A DNA stretch of 64,000 bases from a bacterium. GTDB lineage: Bacteria > Vulcanimicrobiota > Xenobia > Xenobiales > Xenobiaceae. Under the pieces are notes generated by a model that was given only the letters and a program-made list of their open reading frames with translations, searched no databases and was not told the origin of the DNA. The stretch's first letter is position 1. The number at the start of each line of letters is the position of its first letter. Location of the stretch: NCBI GenBank assembly GCA_030535355.1, contig JAUNIO010000004.1, positions 13,513-77,512 on the forward strand. The letters are read 5' to 3'. Positions 58,001 through 64,000 of the stretch are shown in pieces. The position numbers and the translations under genes are program-made.

Positions 58001-58172
58001 GTATGACGTCGGGCGCGTGCGCTGCCGCCTGACCAGCAGCGATATACGTGAGGATGCCCATGTGTTTGTCCGCAAAGCCACGCCGTCCAGCATCGAGTAC
58101 GCCGTCGGTCTGGAAAGCGATTTTAATGCCGGAGAGTTTAAGGGCAAGGTTTATAAAAAAGAGCTGAAATAA
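55089..58172 (+). CDS. Giant Hsp70-superfamily (DnaK-like actin-fold) ATPase with roughly 350-aa N-terminal extension
   Basis: Phosphate-1 AIDFGTKSTVVV, phosphate-2 YAVFDFGGGTTDFD, and adenosine-motif IFLAGNSCKS in canonical Hsp70 NBD order. About 1028 aa from ATG 55089 (RBS CAGGAG); the ORF is open from 54963. Confidence 0.6.
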   Translation: MSLPTDHTALKTAVKIPAFQVPALVASCIEADIAALAKDIAALFEELVPIAEQRFVMMQNKEVWYDRENAALFPKFEALKLPTSNTSCDPVKTWPGLSFEGFEFVMMTRNEFNTSFLNGSGNPYLNDGNYQYFPIASSIVLIAEKSGSKTVFCYANGSTGAWCDSDRVTIVPICRLNGKNSSAVPLLQRIASWLENDLIPQGLSAPQIEKYQELSTSFQKYLQIEKYLQIENNDSSIIFKEAEFKSDVFSGSFTQTIFGYDFDLAAKTERVLHHDEKLASSATISDFFLGCDKLRADLEPYKENRLTDPNLGHWELAEPADQGDIEIDLPQDKPWYARPPQMDVAETGTCAIDFGTKSTVVVCRDRDARLLRVGRGDLSKAPTAADYENPTVIELRDLEGFMQAYQAREGRPYTEWEQLTVSHQAAEAIFQNDDDSSVYYSVFRELKQWANDKDRRLMLRDRQGKVIELKPYAELTEGDFDPIEVYAYYLGLYINNMHRRIYLDYLLSFPVTYEKKVRERIRQSFERGLRKSLPPAILRDEEMMDMFRVAAGASEPAAYAISALEEYGLQPKKNGSIIGKPVAYAVFDFGGGTTDFDFGIEEIPADGRRKFVIHRFGAGGDAYLGGENILDLMAYEVYQDNLEKMRAEDIPFVLPPDCKKFAGAETLVKEQAEASQQAYMNSKRLAREMRCIWEREKDYRAKFEQGDVSLILFSNKLKNGSDKREVSLKIDVAKLEKCIKERIRRGVENFFTAMMHAFADRDVFPIHIFLAGNSCKSVFVRPLFDEYIRHYEKEIAAGMSESSALENDSSDIFVLHPPLGAEWPPEPVPERDYEEEEWQESYCEQDVQWGEINFEVAVSPGAGHGPEYKAEDKHLAKNFDQLRTGKTGVAFGLLRTRISAQDVKLIDDDAVKGEIPFPYYLGDIDREEHFRVRIGLEIPYGRWIQFTYADEPEFELYYTKEASCLKGGYGQYDVGRVRCRLTSSDIREDAHVFVRKATPSSIEYAVGLESDFNAGEFKGKVYKKELK

Positions 58173-58402
58173 AGCGACTGTACAAACCGCTGGGCCGCAG
58201 CCTCCGTCTTCCGCAGTGCGATGCATACACGGCTGACGGCGCTTAAATAAATTACATTGGCCGAAAAACAAGGCCGAATTGACTGCTGCCTCAAAGGGAT
58301 TACAGCACTCGTTGCGAAGTGAAAGGTTTCTCATTTCAGTTTTACTAGTTACGGCGCCGCACTGCGGCCGCAGCCGATCCCCAGGCGCCGGGAGGATTTA
58401 CT

Positions 58403-60907
58403 ATGCAATACGAACCCAACAAGATCGAGCGCAAATGGAGAGCCATCTGGGAAGAGCGCAAGCTCCATCACGCCGTCAAGGACGAAACAAGGCCTAAATA
58501 TTACTGTCTGGACATGTTCCCTTATCCTTCGGGTGAGGGGTTGCACGTCGGCCACTGGCGCGGCTATGTGCTTTCCGACGTTTGGTCGCGCTACATGACG
58601 CTGTTAGGCTATAACGTATTGCACCCCATGGGCTGGGACGCCTTCGGCCTGCCCGCGGAAAACGCGGCCATTAAAAAGGGCGTGCATCCCGAAACCCAGA
58701 CCAAAGCCGCCGTTTCCAACATGAAACGCCAGCTGACCGATATGGGGTCTATGTACGACTGGGAGCGCGAAGTCAATTCCTCCACCCCCGAGTATTACCG
58801 CTGGACCCAGTGGGTCTTCCTCAAAGCTTACGAGCTGGGTTTGGCTTACAAGAAGGGCGCTCCCATCAACTGGTGCCCCGGCTGCCGTTGCGGCCTGGCC
58901 GATGAAGAGGTTAAGGAAGGCCGCTGCGACCGCTGCGGCTCCGAAGTTACCAAAAAGAACCTCAACCAGTGGTTCTTCGGCATCAGCAAATACGCCCAGC
59001 GCCTGATCGATGACATTAAACCTTTGGACTGGCCGGAAAAAGTCAAAAAGATGCAGATCGACTGGATCGGCCGCAGTGAAGGCGCGGAAGTCTGCTTCCA
59101 GCTTGAAGGCCTAGAGGATAAGCTGTGGATTTACACCACCCGTCCCGACACTCTCTTCGGCGCTACCTATATGGTCATGGCCCCCGAGCATCCCTTGGTG
59201 GACAAGATCACGACAGATGAACAGCGCGAAGCCGTGGAAGCCTATCGCACCCGCACCAGCACCCGCAGCGAGGTGGAGCGCCAGGAACAGCGCGAGAAGA
59301 CCGGCGTCTTCACGGGCGGCTACGCCATCAACCCGGTCAACGGCAAGCGCACCCCGATTTGGATCTCCGACTACGTGCTCATGGGCTACGGCACCGGAGC
59401 TATCATGGCCGTGCCTTCCCACGACACCCGCGACTGGGATTTTGCTAAAGCCTTCGATATTCCCATTATCCAGGTGGTGCTGACCCCCGAGCAGGAAAAA
59501 GAATTGGCTGGCTGTAAGGGTGCCGAAGAACTCAATAAAGCTTATGCGGAAAAATATCCCCAGATGCCCCTGACCGAAGCTTACTGCGAAGTGGGCACGA
59601 TGATAAATTCCGGCGAATTCTCCGGCCTGAAATCCGATGTTGGCCGCAAGCGCATCGTGGAGTCCCTGGAAGCCAAAGGCCTGGGTCGCACCAAGATCAA
59701 CTACCGCCTGCGCGACTGGCTAGTTTCCCGCCAGCGCTACTGGGGTGCTCCCATTCCCATGGTTTATTGCGACGACTGCGGCATTGTGCCCGTTCCCGAA
59801 GAACAGCTGCCCGTGCTGCTGCCTCACGTGGATAAATATGAACCCTCTGGCACCGGGGAATCGCCGCTGGCGGCCATCGATGAGTTTGTCAACACCACCT
59901 GCCCTAAGTGCGGCAAACCGGCGCGCCGCGACACCGATACCATTTCCCAGTGGATCTGCTCTTCCTGGTATTTCCTGCGCTATTCGTCTTACGACTGCCA
60001 GGATCAGGCCTGGCGCAAGGAAGACGTCGATTATTGGAACCCCGTAGATATGTACGTGGGCGGCATCGAGCACGCCGTGCTGCATCTGCTCTATTCGCGC
60101 TTCTGCACTAAGATGTTCTACGATCTGGGCCTGGTGAAGTTCACCGAACCCTTCCAGCGCCTCTTCAACCAGGGCATGATCTGCAAAGTCGGCCATTCCG
60201 GCCGCCTGGAGAAGATGAGCAAATCCAAGGGCAACGTGGTCAATCCCGACGAGCTGGTAGAAAAATACGGCACCGACTCCCTGCGCGCCTACGAGCTGTT
60301 CATCGGCCCTCCGGAACTGGACGCCGAGTGGAACGACAGCGGCATCGACGGCGTCTATCGCTGGATTAAACGCGTCTGGAATTTCGCTCAGGAAACCGAA
60401 TTTGCCAAAGATAAAGAGAGCGACATTGAAGTGTTGCGCCTCTCGCACCGCTTTATCAAAAAGATCAACGATGACTTGCAGCGCCTGCACCTGAATACGG
60501 TAGTGGCCGCGCTGATGGAATGGATGAACGGTTTATATACTCTGCGCTCGCAGGGCAAAACCATCTCCGAAGAGACGCTGCGCCAGTATATCGTCATCGC
60601 TTCTCCCATTATTCCGCACACCGCCGAAGAGATGTGGCACAATTTGGGCGAAGAAAAATCCCTCTTTGAAGGTAAGCCGGCCTGGCCTACCCATAAAGAG
60701 GAATACACCGTGGAGAACACCTTTAAACTGGCCGTGCAGGTCAACGGCAAAGTGCGCGCCACTTTGGAGATTCCTATGGGCACGGAACAGGCCGCTATTG
60801 AAGAGCTGGCCCGAGCCAATGAGCGCGTAGCTGCCCAGCTGGAAGGCAAGACCGTGCGCCGGGTAATCTATGTGCCCAACAAGCTGCTCAACATCGTCGT
60901 AGGTTAA
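58403..60907 (+). CDS. leuS: Leucine--tRNA ligase
   Basis: HVGHWRGY (HIGH class) motif, KMSKS, and the CP1 editing domain. 834 aa. Confidence 0.95.
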   Translation: MQYEPNKIERKWRAIWEERKLHHAVKDETRPKYYCLDMFPYPSGEGLHVGHWRGYVLSDVWSRYMTLLGYNVLHPMGWDAFGLPAENAAIKKGVHPETQTKAAVSNMKRQLTDMGSMYDWEREVNSSTPEYYRWTQWVFLKAYELGLAYKKGAPINWCPGCRCGLADEEVKEGRCDRCGSEVTKKNLNQWFFGISKYAQRLIDDIKPLDWPEKVKKMQIDWIGRSEGAEVCFQLEGLEDKLWIYTTRPDTLFGATYMVMAPEHPLVDKITTDEQREAVEAYRTRTSTRSEVERQEQREKTGVFTGGYAINPVNGKRTPIWISDYVLMGYGTGAIMAVPSHDTRDWDFAKAFDIPIIQVVLTPEQEKELAGCKGAEELNKAYAEKYPQMPLTEAYCEVGTMINSGEFSGLKSDVGRKRIVESLEAKGLGRTKINYRLRDWLVSRQRYWGAPIPMVYCDDCGIVPVPEEQLPVLLPHVDKYEPSGTGESPLAAIDEFVNTTCPKCGKPARRDTDTISQWICSSWYFLRYSSYDCQDQAWRKEDVDYWNPVDMYVGGIEHAVLHLLYSRFCTKMFYDLGLVKFTEPFQRLFNQGMICKVGHSGRLEKMSKSKGNVVNPDELVEKYGTDSLRAYELFIGPPELDAEWNDSGIDGVYRWIKRVWNFAQETEFAKDKESDIEVLRLSHRFIKKINDDLQRLHLNTVVAALMEWMNGLYTLRSQGKTISEETLRQYIVIASPIIPHTAEEMWHNLGEEKSLFEGKPAWPTHKEEYTVENTFKLAVQVNGKVRATLEIPMGTEQAAIEELARANERVAAQLEGKTVRRVIYVPNKLLNIVVG

Positions 60908-60917
60908 GCGATTATCT

Positions 60918-60968
60918 TGAATGTATATTCAGTATTATTACATATAATACTGAATATACATTTTTTAT
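60918..60968 (+). terminator. Rho-independent terminator after leuS
   Basis: Roughly 19-bp stem TGAATGTATATTCAGTATTAT / ATAATACTGAATATACATT followed by TTTTTTATT. Confidence 0.7.
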
Positions 60969-60998
60969 TATGGCACTTTTGAGGAAGTTAGTAATTTA

Positions 60999-62510
60999 AT
61001 GAAGCTTTCGTATAAACTCATAACTTTGGCCTTAGCGTTCGGCGCAGCCTGCGGCTGGTCGCTCGCTGAAGAGCGTTTATCGACCGATCAGCTGCGCGAT
61101 TTGGTCGAACAGGGTGAGACCGGCTATATGGCTACGTATGCCACGCGTTTGCTGTTTGGCGACGGAACCGAGGCCGATATTAAGCTGGGGCGCGAGCTGA
61201 TGGAAAAGGCTGCGGCGGCCAATAAGCCCGACGGCAAATACGGTTTAGGGCTGTGCTATTATTATGGCTTTGGCGCTTTTGATCTCAGCCAAACCTATAA
61301 TTACATGTTAGGGGCTTCAGAGGCCGGCTATAAACCAGCCTTTAACTCTCTGGGGCACTGTTATGAGGAAGGTCTGGGAGTAGCTTCCAATTACCACCAG
61401 GCCCGGCGCTGTTTCTTTCAGTCCAGCGGCGATTTAGATTCGCAGTGCATGGCCGTAAAGCTTTTGGACTATCGGCGCACGCCGTTTGCCGTCAATCCCC
61501 GCGAAGTAGGGCAAAATATCAATCAGGCTTTAGCTATGTTCGGCAATGCGGAACAGGTGGCGATGACGCCGACGGTGTATGAGTTTCTGTATAATGCCCA
61601 GGAACAGAGCCGTTCCGCTATCGCCAAAAAACTGGCCCACAAGAGCGGGAATAAAAAGCGCCTAAGCGCAGCGGAACTGTACAACTGGGGACGGCTATAC
61701 GAGCTGGCTTTGGCCACAAACGCCGTTTCCGAAAAAGACGGGACCCGGCAGATGTGGGAGTACTACAAGGATTCCGCGCAGCGCAAGTTCGTGCCCGCAC
61801 AGATAGCCATAGCCCGCCTGCAGGCCCGCAGCCGGGACGAGCAAGGCTTAGCCTCGCTGAAAGCTTATTCCGAGACGGGATATTGGCAGGCTAAACAGGC
61901 TTTGTTAGAGTTATATGAGACTCAGGAAGCTCCCAAAATGCTGAGCGGTGACGATTACACAGCGCTGCTGCAGGAACTGCGCCAGAAGGGCTATCATGGA
62001 GCCAGCACTAAATTGGCCGAATACTATGCTTCCACAGCTAAAGACTCCGCCAAAGCTTGGCAATATACTTTAGCGGCAGCTGACGACGGAGAAGCTATCG
62101 GCTGCTATAAGGCTGCTGAATTTTACCGCACCGGCAAAGACGCAGGCGCAGGCGTTACGGTGAAGCCCGATCCCGAAAAGGCTTACGCGTATCTGCATAC
62201 CCTGTGCCGCGATCTGCCCCGCGCCGATTATCAGCGCTTAGATATGTGCCGCGCTTTCACCAATCTCGGCAATATGTATTATTACGGCAAGGGCTGCCCG
62301 CAAGATACGAATCAGGCAGAAGAATGGTATAATGTGGCTCTAAACACTAGGGGAGGCGAGAAGCTTGAAGCGAATTACCGCTTGGGCAGCCTGTATATAG
62401 AAAAAACGGACAAGCGCCAGCTCGGAGCAGAAATGCTGCGCGGAGTTGCCGCTTCTTCCAGCGAATACGCCAAGAGCGCGCGGTATCTGCTGACTAAACA
62501 CAAATTATAG
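60999..62510 (+). CDS. Sel1-repeat protein, secreted
   Basis: Signal peptide followed by multiple Sel1/TPR-like repeats (KYGLGLCYYYGFG..., AFNSLGHCYEEGLGV...). Confidence 0.65.
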   Translation: MKLSYKLITLALAFGAACGWSLAEERLSTDQLRDLVEQGETGYMATYATRLLFGDGTEADIKLGRELMEKAAAANKPDGKYGLGLCYYYGFGAFDLSQTYNYMLGASEAGYKPAFNSLGHCYEEGLGVASNYHQARRCFFQSSGDLDSQCMAVKLLDYRRTPFAVNPREVGQNINQALAMFGNAEQVAMTPTVYEFLYNAQEQSRSAIAKKLAHKSGNKKRLSAAELYNWGRLYELALATNAVSEKDGTRQMWEYYKDSAQRKFVPAQIAIARLQARSRDEQGLASLKAYSETGYWQAKQALLELYETQEAPKMLSGDDYTALLQELRQKGYHGASTKLAEYYASTAKDSAKAWQYTLAAADDGEAIGCYKAAEFYRTGKDAGAGVTVKPDPEKAYAYLHTLCRDLPRADYQRLDMCRAFTNLGNMYYYGKGCPQDTNQAEEWYNVALNTRGGEKLEANYRLGSLYIEKTDKRQLGAEMLRGVAASSSEYAKSARYLLTKHKL

Positions 62511-62579
62511 GTAAATATCATTTAAAATGATATTGGTGTTGGTTTTATTGGCAAAAAGGAGTAAGTCAAGGAGTATGTC

Positions 62580-63077
62580 ATGAATAAATTTTTCACTCTG
62601 GCCGTAGCGTCAGCGCTTCTGCTCTCTTTGAACGCCTGCACTGAGAATACGCAGGACCAGGAACCCACGACGCTTGAGCAGGCCTTGCCAGCTGCTGCTC
62701 CTGCCGAGCCCGCCAGTTCCTCGGGGGCCAGCGGTTCCGCGTCCGAATATGAAAAGGCTCACGCCCAAGGCCAGCTGACAGCCTGCAAGAGCAACTTAAA
62801 AAATATAGGCACAGCCTTGGAAATGTGGCAGTCCGATCATGATGGTAAATTGCCGGAAAAGCTCTCCGAAGTAACCACGGGTGGCCCATACGGGGGATAT
62901 TTAAAGGTTATTCCTTCTTGCCCGGCAGCTAGAGGAGACAGCTATTCCAGCTCCTATAAACGCTCTGCCGACGGCAAAAACTACGAAGTTTACTGCAGCG
63001 GGCATAACCATGCCTTACTGGGCATTCCTAAAAATAGGCCTGGCTTTACCTCTGAGATGGGGCTTATAGAGAAGTAA
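62580..63077 (+). CDS. Lipoprotein with pseudopilin/type IV pilin-like (GspG-like) domain
   Basis: Lipobox LSLNAC. Downstream AQGQLTACKSNLKNIGTALEMW...GGYLKVIPSCPAA matches the conserved post-helix region of pseudopilins (..A....C.SNLK.IG.A...Y). Confidence 0.5.
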   Translation: MNKFFTLAVASALLLSLNACTENTQDQEPTTLEQALPAAAPAEPASSSGASGSASEYEKAHAQGQLTACKSNLKNIGTALEMWQSDHDGKLPEKLSEVTTGGPYGGYLKVIPSCPAARGDSYSSSYKRSADGKNYEVYCSGHNHALLGIPKNRPGFTSEMGLIEK

Positions 63078-63095
63078 TTTAGTTTACTAATAGGG

Positions 63096-63320
63096 TAATA
63101 TCATTTAGTTAGCGATCAGCTAACTTGCGAAACTATCTAACTCCCCCTAAAGGATGGGAGGGGGAGAAGTCGCGAATGCGACAGAGGGGTGCCCACGACT
63201 GTTGGGGAATCGAGGTTTAGCTTGTGTTATGCTCTAGCTTATACGCAGGCATGAACGTGGCGATAATTGTATATGAGTCAACATTTCCAATGTCATCGAG
63301 TCTTAACTAAATGACATTGA
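63096..63320. repeat. MITE-like repetitive element, copy 2 (reverse-complement of 14686-14925)
   Basis: Near-identical (a few mismatches) to copy 1 in inverted orientation. Ends with the hairpin caatgtcat..ttaactaaatgacattg. Confidence 0.7.
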
Positions 63321-63922
63321 CTAATAGGGAAGGGGCGCATATGTCAGCAAAAAATCAAATTCCTCAGGAAAATGTCAAAGCCGGAACTACAGGAATTATA
63401 GTTGGTCTCTTGATGGGGTGGATTATGCCGCCCATTACCTGGATAGCAGCGTTTTTTCTGTATAAAAGCTTTCTCAAAGATGGCAATCTCAGCGACGCCA
63501 AAGGTATAAAAATAGGGGCGCTGATCACTGGAGGCCTGTGCTGTGTTGTCGGTTTGCTTGTCATTCCCTTGCTGGCCGCTATACTCGTGCCGAATTTTGT
63601 CAGAGCCAAAGCTCAAGGCCAGCTGACAGCCTGCAAAAGCAATCTGAAAAATATAGGCACAGCCTGTGAGATGTATTCCACCGATCATTACGGCCGTTAT
63701 CCCAAAAAGCTTTCGGAACTGTGCGAAGGGCCCAATGGTGGCTATCTCAAAACAATCCCTACCTGTCCGGCAGCCGGAACTGACAATTATGTTTATACCA
63801 TGCATGCTGATCCCGATATATTTACGATCTATTGCCGTGGCGAAAACCATACGGTTCTCGATATTCCTAAAGATAAACCGGCCTTTAGCTCTATCTATGG
63901 CCTGATAGAGCAGAATGATTAG
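63311..63922 (+). CDS. Membrane protein with pseudopilin/type IV pilin-like domain (paralog of 62580-63077)
   Basis: Two N-terminal hydrophobic segments (..LLAAILVPNFVRAKAQGQLTACKSNLKNIGTACEMY..GGYLKTIPTCPAAG). The C-terminal 110 aa are colinear with the lipoprotein paralog. No canonical G-FTLIE prepilin cleavage motif. Confidence 0.5.
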   Translation: MTLTNREGAHMSAKNQIPQENVKAGTTGIIVGLLMGWIMPPITWIAAFFLYKSFLKDGNLSDAKGIKIGALITGGLCCVVGLLVIPLLAAILVPNFVRAKAQGQLTACKSNLKNIGTACEMYSTDHYGRYPKKLSELCEGPNGGYLKTIPTCPAAGTDNYVYTMHADPDIFTIYCRGENHTVLDIPKDKPAFSSIYGLIEQND

Positions 63923-64000
63923 TCTTGTAAATGTAATGCTGACCTGCGCCAAACGTCCGTTTGGCGCAGTTTTTTTAAGCAAGATTAAGCCTCAGCTTAG

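Noticed and set aside
59720-60490. 256-aa antisense ORF inside leuS. Similar cases: 28759-29484 and 29460-29918 inside uvrB, 56493-57536 inside the Hsp70-like gene, 17765-18445 inside the Sel1 gene, and 23583-24167 inside the M16 partner gene
   Set aside because: These are antisense to well-supported genes. They are Arg/Ala/Gly-rich translations typical of GC-rich antisense frames, with no RBS or conserved motifs.

Overview
This is a 64 kb chromosomal window from a bacterium whose core genes run at roughly 55-62% GC. It carries a housekeeping backbone interrupted by accessory and degraded segments.

Core genes:
- metF, trmL, uvrB, ispH, ileS, leuS, dnaB, nadD
- the ribosomal block rpsF-ssb-rpsR-rplI followed by a Lon-like protease
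- manB/manC-like sugar-nucleotide genes
- an NCS2 purine permease
- I found no rRNA, tRNA or CRISPR.

Accessory and degraded content:
- (i) A degraded left end: AbrB/MazE antitoxin with a truncated PIN toxin, a C-terminal fragment of an Rpn-family nuclease, an internally shortened thrC-like gene, and an orphan beta-class DNA methyltransferase.
- (ii) A strongly AT-rich island (about 3.85-9.45 kb) encoding three tandem paralogs of an unrecognised membrane-anchored protein family, one of them frameshifted.
- (iii) A cluster of secreted, effector-like proteins: a thermolysin-like HEXXH protein, an RTX-repeat protein, two Sel1-repeat proteins, and an RS/RD-rich disordered protein.
- (iv) A tandemly duplicated pair of M16 (pitrilysin-like) peptidase genes, with the second catalytic copy frameshifted.
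- (v) An intact Rpn-family PD-(D/E)XK nuclease gene.
- (vi) A small AT-rich Panacea (DUF4065) toxin-antitoxin module immediately followed by a divergent GrpE-like gene and a roughly 1030-aa Hsp70-superfamily ATPase with a roughly 350-aa N-terminal extension of unknown nature. This is the most unusual system in the window.
- (vii) A roughly 230-bp MITE-like repeat present twice in inverted orientation (14.7 kb and 63.1 kb), plus solo end-fragments elsewhere. The second copy lies between two paralogous pseudopilin-domain genes with atypical N-termini.
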